Part shown: positions 46,081 through 56,250 of the stretch, piece after piece
Layout: the number at the start of each line of letters is the position of its first letter
Numbering within the stretch: the first letter of the stretch is position 1
Assembly: GCA_963782055.1 (NCBI GenBank)
Contig: CAWAIF010000003.1
Location: forward strand, 2,848,001 to 2,912,000
DNA from: an uncultured delta proteobacterium
GTDB lineage: Bacteria > Myxococcota_A > Polyangia > Polyangiales > Polyangiaceae
Direction of reading: 5' to 3'
Length of the DNA stretch: 64,000 nucleotides
Notes under the pieces: model-generated
Database searches by the model: none
What the model saw: the letters and a program-made list of their open reading frames with translations, nothing else
Told to the model about the DNA's origin: nothing
Program-made: the position numbers and the translations under genes

Positions 46081-48612
46081 TCAGGTCACCTGGAGCAGGC
46101 GCGCGATCGCCTCCAGCTCGGCCGCGGCACCGGAGACACGCGGCGCCGCCGGCGCGACGGCGCCCTGGGCCGCGAGCTCCTCCACCAGGCAGGCCACCGC
46201 CGAGGTGGCGAGCGCCCCCGTGGGGACCTCCTCCGGGGAAGCCAGCACCGCCGCGCGCACCACCGCCCGCGCGAGGTGACGCCAGCGATCCGCCGGATCG
46301 CGCTCGGACTCCGGCGCCGGCGCCTGCTCGCCGCGCGCGAGGTCGGCCATCGCCCCCGCGAGCGGGACCCCCAGCCGCGCGAGCGCGCGGTCCACCCGGT
46401 AGCGCGAGAGGACCGCGTCGGCGCCGCCGCCGGAGGCGTCTCGCCCGCTCACGACGTCGGCGAGATCACGCTGGAGGAGCTGCGCGTGCGGCGCGAGGCG
46501 CTCCGCCACGGAGGCCTCCGCCGCGGCCGGATCGCCATCCAGCCGCGCGGCGGCGACGACCATCGCGCGCCGCCTCTCGTCCTCGCGCGCCGCCTGCTGC
46601 TCCTCCTCCCGCGCCGCCTCCCGCGCGCGCTGGGAGAGGCGCCCCGCCACCTTCGCCGCGCGCCGACGCAGCGCGCGTTCCTTCAGCTCGTCGCTCTTGC
46701 CCACGACCTCCTCGTCGAGCAGCATCTGCACCGCGCCCCACCCGGAGGCCGCCAGCGCCTCGGCGTCGCCCAGCTTCCCCGCCAGCGCCTGCCGCGCGGA
46801 GAGCGCGATGGGTGGCGCGTGCGAGCGCAGCCCCACCTCCTCCACCGAGCGGCTCACCAGCTCCATCACCCGCTGCAGATCCTCCGGCTTCAGCCGGTCC
46901 GCCTTGTTCACCAGCATCTGCACGGGCAGGCCGGAGGCCTTCGCCTCCTCCAGGATGGTGCGCTCGGTCTGCTTGAGCGGCTGGTTGGCGTCCAGCAGCC
47001 AGATCGCGGCGTCTGCCTCCTCGAAGGCAGACCGCGCCGCCTCGGTGTGGCGCGTGTCGGGCGCGTTGAAGCCGGGCGTATCCAGGATCTCGACGCGCGT
47101 CAGCGACGCGATGGGCAGGAGGATCTCCACGCGCCGCACCGTCGAGGTGTCCATGGTCTTCAGCGTCGCCCGCAGATCGGCGGCCGGCACGATGCGCTCC
47201 GGCGGCGAGCCCTCCGCGGGCTCCAGCGCGATCCGCGCGATGGGATCCGGGCCGTAGCGCAGGTGATGGAGCGTCGCCGTCGTGGGCAGCACGCCCGTCG
47301 GTGCCACCTCCGCGCCCACCAGCGCGTTGATGAAGGTGCTCTTGCCCGCGTTGAACTCGCCGACGATCGCCACGCGCACCGGCCTCGCGCGCTCGGCGGA
47401 GACCGCCGCCACCTGGGCGATGGCCTCCAGATCGTGCAGCGCCCGCGCGTGGGCGTCCAGCCGTCCGAGCAGATCGTCCCAGCGGGCGCGGCCCCCCGCG
47501 GGCAGCCAGACGCGCAAGAGCGCGTCCCGCCGCGTCTCGGCGATGGGCAGCACCCGCGGCGAGGCGATCTGCTGCAGCGCGTCCAGCCCCGCCCCGACGG
47601 CGGACGGGTCGTCGGTGGCCGGCGGCAGACGCCGTGCGTCCTCGACCTCCGCCTCGTGCACGCCCTCGAGCGCGCCCAGCGCCGCCGCCATCGTCGCCTC
47701 GTCGGCGTCCTCCAGCGCGGCGTCCAGCAGCGGCCGCGCGGCGCTCGTGTCGCCACCCCGCACCGCGTCCAGCAGCGCCTTGCGCGCCTCCTCGCGCGCG
47801 CCGGACGCCCGCGCGAACGCCGCCCGCCACCGCGCCAGGTCGCCCTCGCCGCGCGCCGCTACCACCACCTGCACCCGCGCGAGCGTCTCCGGGTCGGCCT
47901 TCACCCAGGCCACCGTCGAGGAGAGCAGCTCGCTCGCGCCCGGGGTGTCGAGCACGTAGGCGCGCAGCAGCGGCGCGAAGGCCGCGGCGTCGCCCGCCAT
48001 CGCCCGCGCGCGTCCCAGCGCGAGGGCCGCCCGCCCGTCCGTCGGCTCCGCCTCGAACGTCCCGAGGAGCGCCAGCGCGCCCTTGCCGTCCCCCTGGGCG
48101 AGGCGCGCCTCCGCTCGCCGCAGCGTCACGGCCTGCGAGGCGTCCCCCGCGGCGCGCGCCAGCCAGAGCTCCGCGCGCGCGCCGTCGCCCGCCGCCAGGT
48201 CCATGTCCGCCAGCGCGAGCAGGGCGTCGCGCCTCTCCTCGCTCCCACCCTCCGCCACAGCGAGCGCGCGCACGTCCGCGTCGCGCACCTCGTCGTCCGA
48301 CGCGCCGGTCCGCGCGCGCGCGCGCGCCAGCCGCAGCCACACCTCCGCCTGCGACGGCGCCCGCTTCGCCAGGTCCTCCAGCGTGAGGTGCGCCTCGGCG
48401 TCCAGGCCGCCCGCCTCGCACGCGTCGGCCAGCAGCGCCAGCCCGAGCGGCGAACCCGGGACCCGCGACAGCACGGCGTGCGCCGCCGCCCGCGCGCGCA
48501 TCGCGTCCCCGCGCGCCAGGGCCTCCTCGCCGTCGCGGAATCGCTCGTCCTGGCCGGCGAGCACGATCTCCACGCGGCCGAGCCAGCGGCCGATCGTCTC
48601 TGCCAGGCGCAT
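46081..48612 (-). CDS. TPR-fused dynamin-like GTPase
   Basis: G1 GEFNAGKST, G2 PTT, G3 DTPG, G4 NKAD, LSARQAL; N-terminal about 400 aa of TPR-like helices. Confidence 0.82.
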   Translation of the reverse strand: MRLAETIGRWLGRVEIVLAGQDERFRDGEEALARGDAMRARAAAHAVLSRVPGSPLGLALLADACEAGGLDAEAHLTLEDLAKRAPSQAEVWLRLARARARTGASDDEVRDADVRALAVAEGGSEERRDALLALADMDLAAGDGARAELWLARAAGDASQAVTLRRAEARLAQGDGKGALALLGTFEAEPTDGRAALALGRARAMAGDAAAFAPLLRAYVLDTPGASELLSSTVAWVKADPETLARVQVVVAARGEGDLARWRAAFARASGAREEARKALLDAVRGGDTSAARPLLDAALEDADEATMAAALGALEGVHEAEVEDARRLPPATDDPSAVGAGLDALQQIASPRVLPIAETRRDALLRVWLPAGGRARWDDLLGRLDAHARALHDLEAIAQVAAVSAERARPVRVAIVGEFNAGKSTFINALVGAEVAPTGVLPTTATLHHLRYGPDPIARIALEPAEGSPPERIVPAADLRATLKTMDTSTVRRVEILLPIASLTRVEILDTPGFNAPDTRHTEAARSAFEEADAAIWLLDANQPLKQTERTILEEAKASGLPVQMLVNKADRLKPEDLQRVMELVSRSVEEVGLRSHAPPIALSARQALAGKLGDAEALAASGWGAVQMLLDEEVVGKSDELKERALRRRAAKVAGRLSQRAREAAREEEQQAAREDERRRAMVVAAARLDGDPAAAEASVAERLAPHAQLLQRDLADVVSGRDASGGGADAVLSRYRVDRALARLGVPLAGAMADLARGEQAPAPESERDPADRWRHLARAVVRAAVLASPEEVPTGALATSAVACLVEELAAQGAVAPAAPRVSGAAAELEAIARLLQVT

Positions 48613-48691
48613 CGGGCGCGACGATAGCAGCGGCCCCACGTCGAATCCAGACGCCGGGGACCGCGAGGCGCGCCATACTTCCCGGCCCGTC

Positions 48692-49646
<955 letters not shown>

Positions 49647-49654
<8 letters not shown>

Positions 49655-50750
49655 CGCCTCCTCGTCCGAGCGCGTGGCCGCCGGGCCGCCGTCGCGCGCG
49701 CGAGAGCAGCGCGGCAAGGCGTCGGCGCTGTGGCACCTGGTGCTCGCCCGGTGGCGCAGCTTCTACCGTGAGCCGAGCACGGTCTTCTGGGCCTTCGGCT
49801 TCCCCATCATCCTCTCCATCGCCCTCGGCATCGCCTTCCGGAGCCGCCCGCCAGAGCCGGTGCTCGCCGCCGTCGAGGCGGCGCCGGGGGCCGCCGCCGA
49901 GCGCGCGAGCCTCGCGGCGAGCCAGGGCATCGACGCCAGGGTGATGCCCCGCGCCGAGGCGCGCGCGGCGCTGCGCTCCGGGCGCGTCGCGGTCGTCGTG
50001 GAGCGCGGCGCGTCCGGCGAGCACGTCTACCGCTATGACCCCACGCGCCCGGAGAGCCGGCTGGCGCGGGCGCTGGTCGACGACGCGCTGCAGAAGGCGG
50101 ACGGCCGCGTGGACGCGACCCCCTCCCGGGACGCCCGCGTCACCGCGATCGGTGCAAGGTACATCGATTTCCTCTTCCCCGGCCTGCTGGGCATGGGCCT
50201 GATGGGCAGCGGCCTCTGGGGCATCGGCTTCGTGCTGGTGGAGATGCGCACCCAGCGGCTGCTCAAGCGCCTCGCCGCCACGCCGATGCGGCGCGCCGAC
50301 TTCCTGCTGTCCTTCCTGCTGTCGCGCTCGGCCATCCTGGTGGTGGAGCTGCCCGCCATGCTCGCCTTCGCCTACCTCGCCTTCGGCGTCGTCGTGCGCG
50401 GCTCCTGGCCGGCCCTCATCACCGTCGCCGTGCTCGGGGCGCTCCTCTTCGCCGGGATGGGCCTGCTGGTCGCCAGTCGCGCGCGCAACACCCAGACGGT
50501 GAGCGGCCTCATCAACCTCGCGTCCATGCCGATGTACCTGTGCTCCGGTGTCTTCTTCTCCACGGCGCGCTTCCCCGACGCGATGCAGCCCTTCATCAAG
50601 GCGCTCCCCCTGACAGCGCTGAACGACGCCCTGCGCGCCATCATCAACGACGGCGCCGGCTTCCCGCAGGTCGCCCTCCCGATCGGCATCATGCTGGCGT
50701 GGGGCGTCGGCTGCTTCGCCCTGTCCCTGCGCATCTTCCGCTGGCAGTAG
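49647..50750 (+). CDS. ABC-2 type transporter permease
   Basis: REPSTVFWAFGFP, RYIDFLFPG, LKRLAATP, about 6 TM helices, ends FRWQ. Confidence 0.9.
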
Positions 50751-50829
50751 CGCTTTTCTCGCAACCGGGCCTTACCTCCGGGCGATGGGCCTCCCGCGCG
50801 GCGAACGGATCGCGGCGCAGGAGACGATC

Positions 50830-52482
50830 ATGCGCACTGTGGCTTCTCTCGTGGTTCTCGGTTCTCTGCTGGTGGCGTGCGGTTCGGCAGGCTTCGACCC
50901 GGGCACCGGTGACGCCGGGCCGTCCAACCCGGGCGTCGGCGGGGGCGGCGGACAGGACGCCGGGGCCGACGCGACCGACGCGGGCGTGCCCGAGATCGAC
51001 GCGGCGCTCCCGCCGCAGTGCGACGGCGACAAGCTGCCGACGGACGACACGTGTGTCGTGAGCGAGGCCGCGGGCGTGTTCGTGTCGTCCTCGCTGGGCA
51101 GCAGCAGCGGCAACGGCTCGCGCCAGCACCCGCTCGCGTCGCTCGGCGCCGCGATCCAGCTCGCCAAGTCGCAGAGCAAGCGCGTCTACGCGTGCGCGGA
51201 GACGTACCCCGAGGCGATCACCCTGGCCGACGGCGTCTCGGTGTTCGGCTACTTCGACTGCAACAACGGGTGGACCGTCGGCTCCTCCCACGCGAAGGTC
51301 CAGTCGCCGACGAGCCCCGCGGCGACGGCGAGTGGCATCGGCACGCCGACGCGCGTGGAGGCCGTCGACATCGTCGCCCCCAACTTCACGACCGGCTCGC
51401 AGACCTCGATTGGTCTGCTGGCGAAGAGCTCTCCCGCCCTGCACATGATCCACGGCGTGGTCCACGCCGGCACGGGCGGCAAGGGCGCGGACGGCGCCAA
51501 TGGCATCCAGCTCACCGACAGCGGCAGCGCGAAGGATGGTCAGGACGGCGCGGGCTACGAGGCGTGCGTCGGCACGGTCCTCGAGATTGCCCTGTGCGAG
51601 ACCGCCCACAACACGCGGGCCGGCGGCACCAACCAGTGCAACGGCGAGGCAGGCCACGACCCGGGTCCGGGCGGCAGCGGTGGCACTGGTGGCAAGTACG
51701 ACATCGCCCTCGGCTGGGAGAGCCTCGACCCCAAGCCGTCCAACGGTGGGCTCCCGGCGGCCACGCCTCAGACGGCGGCGGGCGGCATCATCAATGGCGT
51801 GCTTCCGCAGGCTGGCAAGCAGGGTGCGAGCGGCAGCAACGGTGTGTCGGGCTCGAGCATGGGCGCGCTCTCGTCGACTGGCTACACGCCGAGCAACGGC
51901 ACGTCGGGCACCGCCGGCAAGCCTGGGCAGGGCGGCGGCGGGGGCGCCGGTATCGGCCTCGACCAGCTGACCGCCAATGACCCTCAGAACCAGGCATACT
52001 GGCCGAGCACCTTTGCCCAGGCCCACGGCGGCAGCGTCAAGGCGTGGGGGACGAGCGGCGGCGGTGGTGGTGCGGGCGGCTGCCCCGGGCTCCCGGGGGG
52101 CGCGGGAAGGGGTGGCGGTGCCAGCATCGCGGTCCTCGCGACTGACAGCCCCATGACTCTGGAGGACGTGAACATCGAGTCCAGCACCGGCGGCGCCGCG
52201 GGCAAGGCGGGCGTCTTCAGCATGGCGCGGGTGGGTGGCGACGGCGGCAGCTCGCCGTACGAGAGCGGCGCGAGCGGTGGCGCGGGTGGCTACGCCGGCG
52301 TGAGCGGCAACGGCGGCGGCGGTCCGTCGTTGGGCATCGTCTACCACGGCGCGGCGGTGCAGCTCCTCGCCAGCACCGTCACGCCGGGCGCCGGCGGCGC
52401 GGGCGTCGCGCAGCGGATCATCAACACGTTCACCATCCCCGCCTCGCCTACCGGGAAGAGCGCGGACCTCTACTCCTTCTGA
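50830..52482 (+). CDS. Gly-rich (PE-PGRS-like) surface lipoprotein
   Basis: Lipobox LVAC; GVFVSSSLG...GSRQHPLASLGAAI (right-handed beta-helix N-cap-like); GGxGG repeats. GGAG RBS. Confidence 0.82.
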   Translation: MRTVASLVVLGSLLVACGSAGFDPGTGDAGPSNPGVGGGGGQDAGADATDAGVPEIDAALPPQCDGDKLPTDDTCVVSEAAGVFVSSSLGSSSGNGSRQHPLASLGAAIQLAKSQSKRVYACAETYPEAITLADGVSVFGYFDCNNGWTVGSSHAKVQSPTSPAATASGIGTPTRVEAVDIVAPNFTTGSQTSIGLLAKSSPALHMIHGVVHAGTGGKGADGANGIQLTDSGSAKDGQDGAGYEACVGTVLEIALCETAHNTRAGGTNQCNGEAGHDPGPGGSGGTGGKYDIALGWESLDPKPSNGGLPAATPQTAAGGIINGVLPQAGKQGASGSNGVSGSSMGALSSTGYTPSNGTSGTAGKPGQGGGGGAGIGLDQLTANDPQNQAYWPSTFAQAHGGSVKAWGTSGGGGGAGGCPGLPGGAGRGGGASIAVLATDSPMTLEDVNIESSTGGAAGKAGVFSMARVGGDGGSSPYESGASGGAGGYAGVSGNGGGGPSLGIVYHGAAVQLLASTVTPGAGGAGVAQRIINTFTIPASPTGKSADLYSF

Positions 52483-53369
52483 ACCTCGTGCTCGAGGAGG
52501 CGCTTCATCCGCGCCTCCTCGACGCGCAGCACGAGCACCTTCTCCTTCTCCACGACGACCGCGCCGGGCGCTGCCCCGCGCGGTTTTCGTACGTGCTTGC
52601 GCAGGGCGTACGACACCTCCACCACCGGCTCGCCCCGCGCGTCGGAGAAGTGCGCGGCGAGGTGCGCGGCGTCGACGAGTCGGTCCGGCGGGCACGGCTT
52701 GTTGCGCGGGATGGGCGCGATGACGTGCGCCCCCGGTACGCCGCGCGCGTGCAGCCACAGGTGGTACGGGCGCGCGACCTGGAAGGTGAGCTCGTCGTTG
52801 TGACGCGCGCCGCGGCCGACGAGGACGGGCCCGCCGCTCGCCTCGAAGGATCGGTACGGCGGCTTCGGCTGCTGCGGGCGTGCGGGGGCGCTCGCGGAGG
52901 GCGGTCGCGGGAGCAGGCTCCCGGCGGCGGCGTCCAGCGCGTCGACGTCGGGCGCCTCGGTCACGCGCGCCGCGGCGGCGTCCAGCGCCTCCAGCTCCCC
53001 TCGGGTCGCGTCGCGCCGCGCGACGACCTTCGGCTCGCCGCCGCGGAGGCGGCGCGCGTTGCGAAAGATCGCCTCGAGCTGATCGCGCGCGGGCTTGCTC
53101 GGGTCGAGCGGGATCTCCACCGTCCGCGCGTCGTCGCTCGCGTAGTCGATGACGTGCATGGAGCGCGCCCCGCGAGGCACGCGACCAGCCTCCGGGGCGG
53201 CGTACGCGGCCAGCCGGGCGAGCTCCCCCGCGTCCGCGATGCGCGCCAGATCGGCGTCGATCGCCGCGGCGCGCCGCGCCACCCGCGCACGCTTCTTGCG
53301 CAGCGCGGCGAGCGCGCGGGCGCGCGCGAGCTCCAGGTCGGGGGCGGTCGCGTCGTGGGGTGGGCGCAT
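52470..53369 (-). CDS. NFACT-R (DUF814) protein, truncated RqcH/FbpA-like
   Basis: VEIPLDP...IFRNARRL, VLVGRGARHNDELT, LWLHARGVPGAHV, AAHFS, VRKPRGAAPG. Confidence 0.85.
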   Translation of the reverse strand: MRPPHDATAPDLELARARALAALRKKRARVARRAAAIDADLARIADAGELARLAAYAAPEAGRVPRGARSMHVIDYASDDARTVEIPLDPSKPARDQLEAIFRNARRLRGGEPKVVARRDATRGELEALDAAAARVTEAPDVDALDAAAGSLLPRPPSASAPARPQQPKPPYRSFEASGGPVLVGRGARHNDELTFQVARPYHLWLHARGVPGAHVIAPIPRNKPCPPDRLVDAAHLAAHFSDARGEPVVEVSYALRKHVRKPRGAAPGAVVVEKEKVLVLRVEEARMKRLLEHEVQKE

Positions 53370-53402
53370 CGCGTGCGGCTGGTCTATAGTCCATCGGCGG
53401 CG

Positions 53403-55082
53403 ATGCGCGGGGCAACGTTCCCTTCGGGGCAGGTGAGCATGGCGTTGCCCAAGGCGCTGCTCGCCTATCTGGACGCCCGGCGCGGCCCGGAGGTGGCGGA
53501 GCGCTGGCTGCGCGACGCCGGGCTCAAGCGCGCGGACATGGAGAACGAGACGCACACCCTGCCTGTGGCGGCGCTCCGGGCCACGCTGGACGCCTTCGTC
53601 GGCGTCGCCTCGCGCGAGGCCATCGTGGACGTGTGGCCGTTCCTGCTCGAGCCCGCGACGCTCGGCGCGTACGTACGCGTCTTCCGCGGCGTGCACGCGC
53701 CGGAGCAGGCCTTCTCCCGGCTGGGCGCCTCGGAGAGCGAGTACGGGCGCACCGCGCGCTGGGAGGTGCTGGAGGCGCGGCGCGGCTACTGGCGCGGCCG
53801 CGTGCTGATCACCCACGATCCGACCCTCGAGGAGAACGGCCTGCTCGCGCTGATCCGCGCCGCCGAGCTCAAGGCGCTCCCGGCGCTCTTCGGCTTCGGG
53901 CCGGGGGAGGTCGTCGCCCGCGGCACGGTGGTGCAGGAGCAGAGCTCGCTCGCGCAGGAGTACGAGGTGCGCTGGCGGGTGCCGCGCCCGCCGGTGTGGG
54001 CGGCGCTGGGGGCGCTGATGGGTACGCTCTGTGGCTCGCTGGCCTTCGCCTTTCACACCGGCCCGGTCAGCCGCACGGAGGCGGTGGTCTTCGGCGCGGT
54101 GCTCGGCGGGATGACCGCGGCGTTCGCCTCCCGCGCGGCGCTCCGGCACGCCGGCGCGCGCGGACAGGCCAAGCGCGTCGCCGCGCTGGAGCGCACGCTG
54201 GAGCTGCGGGAGGCGCGCGAGATCGCCAAGCCGGGGGAGGCGCTCGTCGCGGGTCAGTACCGCATCAAGCAGCGCATGGGGGCCGGCGCGAGCGGCGTGA
54301 TCTACGAGGCGGAGCGCGTCTCGGACGGCCTGCCCGTCGCGCTCAAGCTGCTGCGTGTCGCCGCCGCGCACGAGGCCATCGCGTCGGACCGCCTGCGGCG
54401 GGAGGCGGAGGCGCTTCGCCTCGCGTGGCACCCCAACGTGGTGGAGATCGTCGACGACGGTTACTTGCCCGACGGCACGTCGTACCTGGCGCTCGAGCTG
54501 CTGGCCGGCGAGTCGCTCGCCGCGCGCGTGCGCTCCGGCGGGCGCATGCGGTGGGAGGAGCTGCAGCCGATCGCGCTGCAGATCTGCGAGGCGCTGGTCG
54601 CGGTGCACGCGGCCGGGGTGGTCCACCGCGACATCAAGCCGGCGAACCTCTTCCTGGTGAAGGGCGCGGACGGCCGGGAGCGCGTCAAGCTGGTCGACTT
54701 CGGCATCGCACACGTGGAGTGGGAGGAGACGCGCATCACCAACATCGGCTCGCCGCTCGGTACGCCGGGGTACATGTCGCCGGAGCAGGAGTCGGGAGGG
54801 CAGATCGACGCGCGAAGCGACCTGTTCGCGCTGGGCGCGGTGCTCTACGAGTGCCTGGTGGGCGAGCCGCCTCCGCCGACGCCGAGCGGGATGTGGCTCG
54901 CGCAGGGAGACGGCGCGGGGCGGGCGCGGGCGGACCCGGCGTGGGAGCTCATCCCCCAGGCGTGGCGGCCGATCATCCAGCGGGCGCTGGCGCCGGCGCG
55001 GGAGGACCGCTTCGAGGACGCCCGCGCCTTCGCCCGGGCGGTGCGCGGCCTGACGCCCGAGGCAGGCGCCGCGACGTCGTGA
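53403..55082 (+). CDS. Membrane Ser/Thr protein kinase with N-terminal sensor-like domain
   Basis: GAGASGVIY, VALK, HRDIKPAN, DFG, GTPGYMSPE; two TM helices before the kinase domain. Confidence 0.9.
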   Translation: MRGATFPSGQVSMALPKALLAYLDARRGPEVAERWLRDAGLKRADMENETHTLPVAALRATLDAFVGVASREAIVDVWPFLLEPATLGAYVRVFRGVHAPEQAFSRLGASESEYGRTARWEVLEARRGYWRGRVLITHDPTLEENGLLALIRAAELKALPALFGFGPGEVVARGTVVQEQSSLAQEYEVRWRVPRPPVWAALGALMGTLCGSLAFAFHTGPVSRTEAVVFGAVLGGMTAAFASRAALRHAGARGQAKRVAALERTLELREAREIAKPGEALVAGQYRIKQRMGAGASGVIYEAERVSDGLPVALKLLRVAAAHEAIASDRLRREAEALRLAWHPNVVEIVDDGYLPDGTSYLALELLAGESLAARVRSGGRMRWEELQPIALQICEALVAVHAAGVVHRDIKPANLFLVKGADGRERVKLVDFGIAHVEWEETRITNIGSPLGTPGYMSPEQESGGQIDARSDLFALGAVLYECLVGEPPPPTPSGMWLAQGDGAGRARADPAWELIPQAWRPIIQRALAPAREDRFEDARAFARAVRGLTPEAGAATS

Positions 55083-55122
55083 CCCGATTGCGCGGCGGCG
55101 ACGACAGTCTATAGATCGACCG

Positions 55123-56205
55123 ATGCGCGCCTCGCCGTACGCCCTGCCCGCGGCTGCCCTGGTGGTCCTCGTCGCCGCGTGCGGTGGGAGCAAGGCGTCG
55201 TCGCCCCCGCCGAGCGCGGCGCCGCCGCCGTATCCGGGGTACGGGTCGGCGCCGCCGCAGGGGTACCCGAACGGGTATCCACCGCCGCAGGGGTATCCGC
55301 CGCCCTACGCGTCGGCGCCGCCGCAGGGGTACCCGCCGCCGCAGGGCTATCCGCCGCCGCAGGGGTACCCGCCGCCGGCGGCCACCGCCGCTCCGCCGGC
55401 GTCGCGCCCGCTGCTGCCGCCGCTGGTGGGGACCGCCGCCTGGCAGGGGGAGGTGCGCGCGGTCCTGGCGGAGCTCATCAATCACCTGCAGCCGATCAAC
55501 GCGAACAAGGTCCGCGGCATCCCGCTGCAGGTCGATCCGGATCCGACGGAGGTGAACGCCTACGCCGGGTGCGACGGGCAGGGCAAGCCGTTCCTCGCCG
55601 CGACCGAGGGTCTGCTGGAGGCGGTGGACGCCATCTCGCAGACACGCGCCACCGACGAGCTGTACGGCACCCACACCTACGACGCGTACACGCAGGCGGT
55701 GATCCCCGGCATGCTGCAGCCGAAGGGTGGGAGCGCGGCGCTGCCCGTCGGCATCATCCCGGTGCAGTACGCGTTCTCGCCGCAGCGGCTCTCGCACGCG
55801 CACGAGCTCTTCGACGACATCGTGGCGTTCACCTTCGGTCACGAGCTGGCGCACCACTACCTCGGCCACACGGGCTGCGCGATCGGGGAGTCGCCGCTGG
55901 TCCAGGGGCTCGCCGTCATCGGTCACATCGGCTCGGCGGTGGCGCCCATCTTCAATCAGCCTGCCGAGTACGCGGCGGACAACGTCGGCCTGTTCAACGT
56001 GATGGATACGGGCCGTGCGCGGCGCCCCGGCTACGAGTACACGGAGAAGGGCGGGCTGCTGCTGCTCGACTTCTTCGCCCGGATGGAGGCGCAGGCAGGG
56101 GGCGGCGTGCTGACGGCCTTCTCCCGCAGCCACCCGCCGTCGCGGGATCGCATCACGTGGGTCCAGGGCTTCGCGGCCGCGTGGCGCGCGCAGCACCCGG
56201 GCTGA
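55123..56205 (+). CDS. M48-family zinc metalloprotease lipoprotein
   Basis: Lipobox VAAC, VNAYA, GHELAHH, EYAAD, SHPPSRDRI. Confidence 0.87.
   Translation: MRASPYALPAAALVVLVAACGGSKASSPPPSAAPPPYPGYGSAPPQGYPNGYPPPQGYPPPYASAPPQGYPPPQGYPPPQGYPPPAATAAPPASRPLLPPLVGTAAWQGEVRAVLAELINHLQPINANKVRGIPLQVDPDPTEVNAYAGCDGQGKPFLAATEGLLEAVDAISQTRATDELYGTHTYDAYTQAVIPGMLQPKGGSAALPVGIIPVQYAFSPQRLSHAHELFDDIVAFTFGHELAHHYLGHTGCAIGESPLVQGLAVIGHIGSAVAPIFNQPAEYAADNVGLFNVMDTGRARRPGYEYTEKGGLLLLDFFARMEAQAGGGVLTAFSRSHPPSRDRITWVQGFAAAWRAQHPG
55250..55378 (+). repeat. Intragenic PPPQGY tandem repeats (18-nt unit)
   Basis: CCGCCGCAGGG(G/C)TA(C/T) occurs five times. Confidence 0.85.
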
Positions 56206-56250
56206 TCGCCGGGCGCGGAACTCGCGACGCCCCCGGGTGTCCGAAGGGCC

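Noticed and set aside
50830..52482. True mycobacterial PE-PGRS protein or horizontal transfer from Actinobacteria
   Set aside because: No PE domain. It has a lipoprotein signal typical of myxobacterial Gly-rich proteins.
55250..55378. Regular short repeats that might suggest a CRISPR or VNTR array
   Set aside because: In-frame PPPQGY coding repeats inside a lipoprotein linker; no unique spacers and no cas genes.
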